Assembly: GCF_023055435.1 (NCBI RefSeq)
Contig: NW_025964372.1
Location: forward strand, 9,610,001 to 9,674,000
Reading direction: 5' to 3'
Source of the DNA: Haliotis rufescens
Lineage: Eukaryota
DNA: 64,000 nucleotides
The notes below the pieces were generated by a model that was not told the origin of the DNA, did not search any database, and worked only from the letters and a program-made list of their open reading frames with translations. Below are positions 53,365 to 64,000 of the stretch, piece after piece. How positions within the stretch are numbered: the stretch's first letter is position 1; every line of letters starts with the position of its first letter. The position numbers and the translations under genes are program-made.

Positions 53365-54650
53365 CGAGGGGCGATTGATAAGTTGTGAGCCTACCTCTGA
53401 AGGAGTGTGGTACGGATGAATTCCTTTATGGTGGTGATAGACTGATCAAGTACAGTGACATACACAGGATGATTGTTGTATTGGACACATTATTTAGTTT
53501 AATATAAGCTATTGACTGCAAGGGGGGTTATAAGATTATTTAAAATGGAGAAACGGGAAAAGCGAGCTGTTATCAAATACCTTTACAAGAAAGGCTTAAC
53601 ACCCAATGCCATATATGAGGCTATGTTATCCATACTAGGGGAAGATGCCCCGTCATATGCAACAGTGAAAAGATAGGTGGCAGAATTTAAACGTGGGCGA
53701 TCGAGCACTGGTGATGAACCCCGTCCTGGTCCACCTGTTGAGTCTTCAACACCTGAAATGGTACAGCGAATCCTGGACATAGTCATGGACGACTGACGAG
53801 TGACACAGCGACAGATAGCCAACTTAGTGGACATCTCTCAGGAGCGAGTACATTTCATTCTGACAGATATTCTAGGAATGAACAAGGTTTCTGCTCGATG
53901 GGTCCCCAAACTGTTGACAGCTGATCAGAAACGTCAAAGAGAGAATCTCTCAAGAGAGAACCTCAAGCTTTTTGAAGGTGATCCAGATAACTTTCTCAAA
54001 CGATTTGTTACAATGGACGAAACATGGGTCCAGCACTTTGAACCTGAATCAAAATATCTAATGTCTAAACAGTGGAAACATGTCACATCTCCTACTCCAA
54101 AGAAAGCAAAGTCTGTGCCTTCAGCTGTGAAAGTCATGGCATCCGTGTTTTGGGATTCTGAAGGTGTGATCATGGTGGACTGGCTTCCTAAAGGCCGTAC
54201 TGTTACAGGGGCTTACTATGTGGAACTTCTGAGACAGTTAAGAGAGAAAATCAAAGTTACGCGACGTGGAAAGTTGACGAAAGGTGTGCTTTATCATCAC
54301 GACAATGCTCCAGCACACACATCACTGTTAGCAATGGCCAAAATCCATGAGTGTGGCTTTGAACTTCTCCAACATCCACCTTATTCACCTGATTTGGCTC
54401 CATCGGACTACCATCTGTTCCCACAGTTGAAAAGGCATTTAGCTGGCACTCATTTCCAGTCAGATGATGAAGTCATTACAGTGGTCAACAACTTTTTGAG
54501 TGACAAAGAAGTTGACTTCTACAAAATTGGCATAATGGCATTGCAACATCGCTGGCAGAAGTGTGTTGACCTTGTCGAAAAATATAAAGCTTTGGTATCA
54601 AACTGACTTTGTTTTCTTTGTTAGGCTTAGAACTTATCAACCGCCCCTCG
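53365..54650 (+). mobile_element. Full-length 1286-bp mariner (DD34D)
   Basis: TIRs cgaggggcgattgataagttgtgagccta / taggcttagaacttatcaaccgcccctcg; TA on the left, CA (mutated TA) on the right. Confidence 0.95.
53545..54606 (+). pseudogene. Mariner transposase with a single in-frame TGA (53794-53796)
   Basis: MEKREKRAVIKYL, WVPKLL, TMDETW, HHDNAPAH, YSPDLAPSDY; 34 residues between the second and third Asp. Confidence 0.92.
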
Positions 54651-55095
54651 CATACTGAGTTCAGGTAATTGAAAGCATGATATCGCTCGGCGGGACACTG
54701 TGACACATGGTTCATGGTTGTATCTGTCCTTAACTTGCTGACTTTTAAACATCTGATTTTCGGGCTTTCATCAACTGATGCCGTTCAATCCTTGCTACAT
54801 ACTGTGCAACTGTACGGAGAACAGCAATGATGTTAAACCAGTGTAGATTTACGCTTATGGGGAAATCCCTAAACTGTAACAAGCGGTGTGTCAGTCTATA
54901 CTGCGGGATTCATTCTTACTCAGTTAGACAGGGTAACGTTAACTACATATGTTCTGTATGCGGGTTTGGGGTCAAAGGTCATTACTGAATATGCAAGACA
55001 CGGCGCTGACAAGATTGGAAACCAGATTATTTACACAAGGTAGAGGGATTTCATCAATGAGAGGAATAGGTTGGGGAGAATCAGTGTTTAGATAT

Positions 55096-56097
55096 ATGAA
55101 TAAAATAACATTTAGAGATTTGTTTTATTTTGCGTATACCAAAACATCACAATGGTTTATTTCAGAGAGCTGAAACCTTTGGCAAAACAATGTGGTCTAC
55201 GTGGTTATTGTCGGATGAGAAAAGCTGAATTGATTACCTTACTCGGTTTGGAATACAACGTTAACAAGCCCCAGACTGTTTGAGAAATCAAAGGTCAAGC
55301 GAGAAACCGTGGGCTGAGAGGTTATTCTTGAATGAGAAAAGCTGAATTGATTGCTTTACTGGATAGTCAACCAGTTGTTGAGAATAATCAACCAGTTGTT
55401 ACAGAGATCATCCATTGGTAAATATCTATGAGGCTGGAAGATGGAGATTAATTCCAACATGGATGTTAATGATATTAAACCGATTATTAGAGCAAATTTA
55501 ATGAGGAGTTAGATGATTTAGATAGTATAAAATACCAGCTAATAGTTAAAATGTCATTAAGTAAAAAATAATGCAGACCGTGTTGAATCTACAGAACCTT
55601 ATTTAAGGGGCAACCAAGAATCTGATTCTATAAGTTCATCAATAGATGCTTCAATTCAGCAGATACAAGAAACTTTAGAACACTTGAATAATTGAGGTTC
55701 GGGTTGGGGCGTGGACAGAATCAATACTTTACATTTAGCAAATTATATGCCTTTGAAAGGTGGATCTTATATAGATTTACCCTCCTATTATAAGAAGCAA
55801 AAAGCCATAATTAATGTATAAAATAATGATGACAACTGTTTGAGATGGATGTTAAGATCTGCCTAGTTTCCCACAAACAAACATTTAGATAGACCTTCGA
55901 GCTATCCCTTAAATGAGGGACTCAACTTTGATGGTATAGATCCGGATGTACCTGCACCAATCTCGCAAATTGATAAGGGGGAAAGCAAAATAATTTAGTT
56001 ATAAATATTTTCGGACATTCAAAAGGAACTGTTGTACATAGGTTGAGCTCTGCTCCAGAAAATATTCCAATATTTCTGGTCGGAAAGGATTGTAATT
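55096..56097 (+). pseudogene. N-terminal part of a Polinton/adintovirus-type protein-primed DNA polymerase B
   Basis: Two Rho_N/HeH-like repeats (GLRGYCRMRKAELITLL; GLRGYS*MRKAELIALL), GSGW, PLKGGSYIDLP, KAIINV*NNDDNCLRW; many stops. Confidence 0.78.
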
Positions 56098-56289
56098 CAG
56101 GGGTCCGGAAACCGTCATATGCGCCGGACATGTCCGCTTGGGAATCTCAAATGTACGGTTTAAAATATTGCTTACCGGACATTTAAATTTTTCTGTCTGG
56201 ACATTTAAAAAAGTATTGTCCGGACATTCTTAAATTTTGACCGGACATGATCAACAGTTAGGACTGAGCAGTTTCTGTCTGCAGTTGTA

Positions 56290-58341
56290 CTTACTTACTT
56301 ACTTTGGAGATTTAACGTGCGCTTTCCGACTGATGCGTATTTCGCACACGGGCCGGCCAGGCCATTTAATGTGTTTCCGAAAGGGGCGAAGTTGTCTGTG
56401 CAACCCAAGAGGGGGGTTTAGGGGTTGCTTATATAGAATTTGGGAATTATGAGATTTGGAATAGATGCCGATGGGGTTGGGGAGGAGAACTAAGGGAGCG
56501 GGGTATGGTGGATGTTTGTTTGTTTATGTGATTTTGATTTGGTAGGTTATTGTGTTTTTAGATGCGTTTTATTAGTTCCGTTTTGATTAAGAATACGCCT
56601 AAGGACTTGAAGTTTTCCAGTTTATTTTGTGGGTTAAGTATTGCTTCTAGAGTGAGAGACTTGTTTAGATTGAGGGTGGTTTGTAATGCGGTTCGATGTG
56701 TTAGGTAGTGTGTGCAGTGGATGAGTGCGTGTTCTGGGGTTTCTGGTTGTTTGCAGTATGGGCAGTTACCTGTAGTGTGTTTTTTTTAAATGTATTAGGT
56801 GGTAATTTAGGTTGGTGTGTCCTGTTTGGAGTTTAGTGATTACACTGTCGATTTTTTTTGATGGATGGAGAATTTTTGGTTTGGTTAGTGGTTTGCTGAG
56901 CACTTTTTTGATTTGGCTATTTGAGTTTAGATATAGGTTATGCCATTTTTTTGTGATATTTTGCTTGTTTACACTTTTAATTTCTGATTTTGAGATGGGA
57001 AAGTTTAAGCTTATTTCTGGGATTTTGAGGGATAGTTTAGCTGCTTTATCGGCGTTTTCATTACCGTATATTCCTACATGGGCGGGTATCCACAAGAAGG
57101 TTATTTGTTTGCCAGCCTTAGTTAGGTCGTTGGAGTTTTTAAGTATTTGATTTATTAATTTAGGTCGGTTTTTGGTATTTTTGTTTTGGAGGGCTTGCAT
57201 TCCACTTAGGGAGTCGGTAAGTATTAGGATTGTTTTGGTGGTTTTTGGATTCTTGATTATGGAGGGCTGGGGCCATGCCCATTAGTTCTGCCGTGAATAT
57301 TGATTGGTTGTTTGGGAGTCGGAAGGATTGTGTGGTTTTAGTTGGTTGTGTGGTATGGACTCCGAAACCTGTGTGTTTGGAGGTCGGATCTGAGGATCCG
57401 TCCGTGTAAATGTGACACCAATTTGGCCAATTTTCGTTTATGTATGCTAGTGTGGTAGTTTTAGCTATGTTTGGGTCGGTTTGTTTATTTATTTGGCTAG
57501 CTAGTGTTGTGTCTATTTTGGGGTATTTTAAGTTTAGGGGTGAAGATATTTGATTGTTTGCAGTTTTGTTTAAGATTTTTAATTTGGTGTTCATTTAGGT
57601 AGTTTGTTATTCTTTGGGATATTGGGGTAAGTAAGGCGTGTTTACGAGCTAGAGCTTGGTTTTTTGGGCTGATGTTTTGGTTTATTAAGTTTTGGATGAG
57701 AGGGTTTGATTGGGACACGGCCCAGAAATTTAAGCTTAGCTGTTCCCTGTGTAGACTTAGTGGCATTTCTCCTGTTAAGGCCTGAAGTGAGGTGTAGGAG
57801 GTGCCATGTTGGGTGCGTGTAATTAGTTTGAGAGCCTGATATTGTATTGAGTCAAGTTTTTTATATAGAGAGTTGTTTAGGGTGTTGTAAATGGCGCAGC
57901 CGTAGTCTAGTTTTGATCTAATTAGTGATATGTAGAGAGAGAGGAGGGTATCTTTGGAGGCTCCCCAGTTAGAACCAGTTAGGCATCTTAGGGTGTTTAG
58001 GTCTTTACTACATTTAGTTCTTAGGTTTTGGATGTGAGCATCCCAGGTGAGATGTTCATCGAAAATAAGTCCTAAGAATTTGGTTTGTTTTTGAAATTTG
58101 ATTGTTTGATTATTTAGCTGGAGGATTGGGGAGGCGGGTTTCATGTTTTTATGTTTGAATACTATTCCTGTTGTTTTTTCTGAGTTAAGGGAGAAGCCCC
58201 ATTTGTCAGCCCATTGTTGTATTTTATTAAGAGATTTTTGGAGTAAATTTTGGACCATTTTCATGCTTTTAGTGCGGATCCAGATGGCTCCATCATCCGC
58301 GAATTTTGATGTGTTTACTTTAGGGGATAGGCTGAGGATAC
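56290..58341 (-). mobile_element. 5'-truncated I-group LINE (RT C-terminal half, RNase H, CCHC), (TAAG)n tail, 11-bp TSD CTGCAGTTGTA
   Basis: FADDG, WGASKDTLLSLYISLIRSKLDYG, YTDGS, WIPAHVGIYGNENAD; TSD at 56279-56289 and 58342-58352; frameshifted. Confidence 0.92.
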
Positions 58342-58566
58342 CTGCAGTTGTAACACAATAAACATTATCTACACTGACAAGCTTTGTTTGTTTTGATTGC
58401 TGTAAATACATCGTACCTACATGACAGTCCAAGCGGTCAATCACTGTAATAGGTAATAAACTGAGTTGACACTGATTAATCGAGGATTAATTACTGAGAA
58501 CACCTTGTTAATTTGAGTGAAAGGTGTTTACAACTGTACATAAATACCTTGCATCATCGATGTACC

Positions 58567-58983
58567 GATACAGAACCACACTACAAACCAACCTCAATCT
58601 AAATAAGGTTCCTACTCTAGATGAAATACTAAACCCTCAAAATAAACTAGAAAACTTCAAGGCCCTAGGCGTATTCCTAATCAAAACAGGCCTAATTAAG
58701 CGCATCTAAAAACTAATTAATCTACCAATCCAAAATCCAATAAACATACATACACCCACCTCACCCGGCTCCCTTAGTTCCCTCCTCCACCCACCTCGGC
58801 ATTTATTCCAAATTTTAAAATTTCAAAAAATCGATATAAGCAACCCCTAAAAGCCCCCTCTTGTGTTGCACACACCACTTTCACCCTTCTCGGAATACAC
58901 TAAATGGTCTGGCCAGGCCCGTGTGCGAAATACGCTGCAGTCGGAAAGCGCACGTTAAATCTTCTATATCAGTCAGTCAGTCA
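58567..58983 (+). mobile_element. LINE copy A: 3' ~415 bp, (TCAG)n tail
   Basis: Near-identical to the 3' end of copy B; bounded by GATGTACC on both sides. Confidence 0.9.
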
Positions 58984-58991
58984 GATGTACC

Positions 58992-61294
58992 GTACATCAT
59001 AGGCATATTCCTCGACTTCTCTAAAGCTTTCGATATGGTATGGCACCACGGGCTATTACAAAAACTGAAAAAATAGGACTAAAAGGCCAAACAATAAACT
59101 TCATCCAAGATTTCCTAAACAATCGCAAAATTACCGTGGGTATAGACCATACGCTATCGGACCAGTGTCCCCTAGAAAATGGCACTCCCCAGGGCAGCAT
59201 CCTCAGCCCAACCCTCTTCAATATAATGATAAATGACCTATTCGAGGGCTTATCCCCTAAACTAAACACTTCAAAATTCGCGGAAGACGGTGCCCTATGG
59301 ATCCGCACTAAAAGCATTAAAATGGCAGAAAACTTAATCCAAAAATCTCTAAATAAAATACAACAATGGGCAGACAAATGGGGCTTCCCTCTTAACTCAG
59401 ACAAAACAACAGGAGTAGTATTCAAACATAAAAACATGAAACCTGCCTACCCAATCCTCCAGCTAAACAACCAAACAATCAAATTCCAAAAACAAACCAA
59501 ATTCTTAGGACTTATTTTCGATCAACACCTCACCTGGGAGGCTCACGTCCAAAACCTAAAAACTAGATGCAGCAAAGACCTAAACACATTAAGATGTCTC
59601 ACCGGCTCTAACTGGGGAGCCTCCAAAGATACCCTCCTCTCACTATATACAACACTAATTAGATCAAAACTAGACTACGGCTGCGCCATATACAACACCC
59701 TTAACAACTCTCTATCTAAAAAACTTGACTCAATACAATACCAAGCCCTTAAACTAATTACACGCACCCAACATGGCACCTCCTACACCTCACTTCAGGC
59801 CCTTACAGGAGAAATGCCACTAAATCTACGCAGGGAACATCTAAGCCTTAGATTTCTGGGCCGCGTCCCAAACAAACCCTCTCATCCAAAACCTATTTAA
59901 CCAAAACATTAGCCCAAGCAACCAAGCTCTAGCTCGCAAACACCCCTTACTCACCCCAATATCCCAAAGAATAACTAACTACCTCAATGAACACCAAATT
60001 AAAAATCTTAAACAAAACTGCAAAAAATCAAATATCTTCACCCCTAAACTCAAAATACCCCAAATAGACACAACGCTAGCTAACCAAATAAATAAACAAA
60101 CCGACCCAAACATAGCTAAAACCACTACACTTGCATACATACACGAAAATTGGCCAAATTGGTGTCACATATACACTGACGGATCTTCAGACCCGACCTC
60201 CAACCACACAGGCTTCGGAGTCCATACCACACAACCAGTTATATCCACACAATCTTACCGACTCCCTAACAACCAATCTATATTCACGGCCGAACTTATG
60301 GGCATGGCCTCAGCCCTGCATAACCAACAATCTAAAAACAACACAAAAATCCTAATTCTCACCGACTCCCTAAGTGGACTACAAGCCCTCCAAAACAAAA
60401 ATACCAAAAACCGACCTAAATTAATAAACCAAATACTTAAAAGCTCCAACGACCTAACAAAAGCAGGCAAACAAATAACCTTCTTGTGGATCCCCGCCCA
60501 CGTAGGAATTTACGGCAACGAAAGCGCCGATAAAGCAGCTAAATAATCTCTCAAAATACCAGAAATAAGCCTAAACCTACCCATCTCAAAATCAGAAATT
60601 AAAAGTGTAAACAAACAAAAAATAACCAAAAAATGGCATAATCAATATCAAAACTCAAATAGCCAAATCAAAAAAGTGCTCAGAAAACCACTAGCCAAAC
60701 CTAAAATCCTACACCCCAAAAAAAAAAATTGACAGATTAATTACAAAACTCCAAACAGGACACACGAACCTAAATAACCACCTAAAACAACTTAAAAGAC
60801 ACACCACAGGAAACTGCCCCCACTGCAAACAACCCGAAACCACAGAACACGCACTCATCCACTGCACCCACTACCAAACACACAGAACCACACTACAAAC
60901 CAACCTCAATCTAAATAAGGTTCCTACTCTAGATGAAATACTAAACCCTCAAAATAAACTAGAAAACTTCAAGGCCCTAGGCGTATTCCTAATCAAAACA
61001 GAACTAATTAAGCGCATCTAAAAACTAATTAATCTACCAATCCAAAATCCAATAAACATACAAACACCCACCTCACCCGGCTCCCTTAGTTCCCTCCTCC
61101 ACCCACCTCGGCATTTATTCCAAATTTTAAAATTTCAAAAAATCGATATAAGCAACCCCTAAAAACCCCCTCTTGGGTTGCACACACCACTTTCACCCTT
61201 CTCGGAATACACTAAATGGTCTGGCCAGGCCCGTGTGCGAAATACGCTGCAGTCGGAAAGCGCACGTTAAATCTTCTATATCAGTCAGTCAGTC
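58992..61294 (+). mobile_element. LINE copy B: 5'-truncated RT + RNase H + CCHC, (TCAG)n tail
   Basis: FLDFSKAFDMVWH, GTPQGSILSPTLF, WIPAHVGIYGNESAD, CPHCKQPETTEHALIHC; frameshifts; bounded by GATGTACC. Confidence 0.93.
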
Positions 61295-61302
61295 GATGTA
61301 CC

Positions 61303-61361
61303 GTGTGCGAAAGACGCATCAGTCGGAAAGCGCACGTTAAATCTCCAAAGTAAGTAAGTAA
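61303..61361 (+). mobile_element. LINE copy C: 59-bp extreme 3' end, (TAAG)n subfamily
   Basis: Matches the 3' end of the 56290 copy (gcatcagtcggaaagcgcacgttaaatctccaaagtaag); bounded by GATGTACC. Confidence 0.85.
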
Positions 61362-61598
61362 GATGTACCTCATTATCCTCACAATGCTACGATATATCAG
61401 ACAAGAAGCGAAAGCGTGATGACAGCCAGTCGACCGATGCAGATCAGTCGAGCGGATCTGCCAAACCCTCAAAGTCTGGACGATCATTTTGTAAGTCGAA
61501 GCTAACGACTTTCACTTGGTTGACATACAATGAAGATTTTGCAGATTTTATTGTTTTCAGTAGCTAGTCGTATATTGAATCTTGATTGACCGCCATTT

Positions 61599-63570
61599 TG
61601 GATAAAGAGTTTAAACAGGCTAATATACGATCAAACAACCTATAAGAAAAGAATATTTCTGTGAAAGATGTCTGCATGGATACAGCAGACAAGATCTTTT
61701 AGAAGCGCATAAAGAAGACTACAGAGGCCTGTGAGAAGTCAAGGAGTTGTCATGTTTGTAATAAACCCCTCAATGGTGATTCGGTAGGAGATTATTGTCA
61801 TGTCATGGGTAATTACAGGGGAGCCACGAATAACGAGTGTAACTTGAAACTTAAAATGAATTCTCAAATAATACCAATCATAACCTTAGAGGATATGATT
61901 CTCATCTCAACATGCAAGCTATCTCAAAGACCGATGACAGTTGAACGCGCATTCCTAATAATATGGAAAGATATATCTCATTCTCCTTGCCAAATACTAT
62001 ACTTTATACGGACAAGGATGGGAAAGCGAGAACAAAACAAAGTAATGGACTTAGATTCACAGATAGTGTACAGCTTCTGTTCTCTTCCCTGGACAATTTA
62101 GCTAATGCAAACAATCCCAATGACTTTGCTTCAACAAATCAATATAATGATCGGTTAACCCAGCATTTGTTGCTAAGATAAGGTGTATATCCTTATGAAT
62201 ATATGGATGATTGGTCTAGATTCGATGAAACTAAATTACCACCCATTGAATCATTCTATAGTAACTTAACAGAATCTAAGATAACCGATGCTGATTATAA
62301 ATACAGTCTTAATGTGTGGGATAAATTAGGTTGTAAGAATTTAGGTGATTATCATGATCTGTATTTAAAAACCGATGTACTGTTACTCGCCGATATATTT
62401 GAGATATTTTGAAAGTCATGTTTAAAACAATATGGCTTGGATCCGGCATGTTACTATTCCAGTCCCGGACTCTTGTGGGATACATTGTTTAAGAAGACCG
62501 GTGTAGAATTAAAATTACTCACAGATTACGATATGCACTTGTTTGTTGAGAAAGGATTAAGAGGTGGTATATCAATGACAGTGAAAAGGTATTCTAAGGC
62601 TAATAATAAATTAGCAGAAGGATATGATTCGAGTAAACCTACTACGCACATTTTTTTTTTCGACGCCAACAATTTGTATGGATGAGCTATGAGTAAACCT
62701 TTGCCCACGGGTGGTTTTGAGTGGGTAAACAATATTGATGTGAATAATATTCCCACAGATTCTGATAAAGGATACATACTAGAAGTTGACTTAGGAGATC
62801 CAACAGAGTTACACAAAGACCATAACAGTTATACGCTAGCTCCCGAAAGATTAATGGTTAATAGAGATCATATGTCAGAAGATCAACATAACTTGATGGG
62901 AAGGACTACATTAGCTAACGTAGAAAAACTTGTACCAAATTTGATGGATGAGACAAAATAGTCCACTATAGAAATCTCCAGTTATATCTATATCAAGCAT
63001 GAAACTAAATTAAATACACAGAGTTCATAAGTTTGATCAAAGCCCTTGGCTGAACACAGATTTATGAAAGATGGCTACTAGTTATTTCGAAAAGCACCTA
63101 TGTAAGCTCATGAATAACTCAGTATTTGGTAAAACTATGGAGAATCTAAGGAAGCGTGTTGATGTTAAATTGGTCATATTTAATGAGGAAGAAAGATTTA
63201 GGAAACTTATAGCTAGTCCAGCTTTTAACAGAAGTAGGAATTTGATAATGACCGTAGCGGCATTGCATAAGCGGAAGAGTAATATAAAAATTCAACAGAC
63301 CGGTCTGCGTTGGTATGAGTATTCTTGACTTGTCAAAACACTTAATGTGTGACTTATATTACAGTGAACTTAAGAAGCAATATGGTGATAGATGCGAGGT
63401 GTTATATACCGACACAGATTCTTTGTTGATGGAAAAACAAACCGAGGATGTGTATAAAGATATGGCAGAAAAAATAGATATGTACGACACGAGCGATTAC
63501 CCAAAAGATTATCCATTGCACAGCTCAGTAACTAAAAAGGTATTAGGTAAGATGAAGGATGAATGTGTGG
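61599..63570 (+). pseudogene. Remainder of the Polinton-type DNA polymerase B (Zn finger, endonuclease VII-like insert, exonuclease and polymerase motifs), 3'-truncated
   Basis: FCERCLHGY, CHVC...DYCHVMGNYRGA...CNL, HNLRGYDSH, GVYPYEYMD, YLKTDVLLLADIFE, RGGIS, DANNLYG, KLMNNSVFGKTMEN, YTDTDS, GKMKDE; many stops and frameshifts. Confidence 0.93.
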
Positions 63571-63836
63571 TGGGTTTTTCATTCGTTGGAGCAAGACACA
63601 CTTTAACTTTGTGGTCGTAGACCATATTCGTGGTCCTTAGAAATGTAAAGTGTGTACTTGGTCCTATAGTTAACCATATTCACAGTGTAGGTTTTTCGTT
63701 CATTGCTAATATAAACTATATGGACCAATATTCATGGTCCTTAGAAATGCAAAATGTGTACTTGCTCCTATAGTTAGTTATTCATTCCTACATTCGTGGT
63801 CATGGACCTTTCATAGTTTCTTTGTTTTTCATTAAG

Positions 63837-63966
63837 AAGAGAACCACGTTTAGTTCCCCATATGTCATAGGAAGAGAATCACGTTTAGTTCCTCATATGT
63901 CATAGGAAGAGAACCACGTTTAGTTCCCTATATGTCAAAGGAAGAGAATCATGTTTAGTTCCCCAT
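63837..63966. repeat. 35-bp tandem repeat, ~4 copies
   Basis: aagagaaccacgtttagttccccatatgtcatagg. Confidence 0.85.
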
Positions 63967-64000
63967 TAATCGTATAATTTCAAGTGGAGTAAGAAAGACA

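Larger units (their letters stand above)
56098..61598 (+). mobile_element. hAT-like DNA element fragment (~650 bp once the LINEs are removed) inserted in the polB gene
   Basis: Starts CAGGGGTCCGG with clustered ccggaca subterminal repeats; no right TIR found; polB resumes at WIKSLNRL (61599). Confidence 0.5.

Noticed and set aside
54651-54830. PAN/apple-like upstream exon (SQCPAERYHAFNYLNSV) split by the mariner
   Set aside because: Removing the mariner gives stops in all three frames and there is an in-frame stop upstream; suggestive only.
58342-58444. N-terminus of the 315-aa ORF as LINE protein or host exon
   Set aside because: It lies outside the LINE TSD, within the hAT-like host; chance read-through.
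8860-63570. Polinton terminus at 9134 and polB at 55-63 kb as one giant element
   Set aside because: The ACTACT end faces left, so its element body lay before 9134; a host gene lies between the two relics.

Overview
Repeat-dense eukaryotic (animal) genomic DNA, probably molluscan; the (ACTC)n-tailed tRNA-derived SINEs look abalone-like, which is an inference from memory. Roughly half the window is tandem repeat (51, 44, 23, 29, 15/30, 36/18 and ~35 bp units), and most long ORFs in the track are artefacts of these arrays. Interpretable content: (1) a multi-kb foldback-type inverted repeat at 1-6 kb; (2) a Polinton/Maverick terminus inserted in a mariner at ~9 kb; (3) Tc1, three mariner elements, MITEs and SINEs; (4) a six-exon, phase-consistent minus-strand gene fragment (52465->23167) encoding a Sushi/CCP domain plus a divergent YWTD-like beta-propeller; (5) a decayed Polinton-type DNA polymerase B gene (55-63.6 kb) interrupted by a hAT-like element. 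That element carries four RNase H-type I-group LINE insertions. Three of them, from two tail subfamilies, are stacked head-to-tail, each bounded by the same GATGTACC duplication. This apparent sequence-specific targeting by an I-group LINE is the best candidate for an undescribed system.
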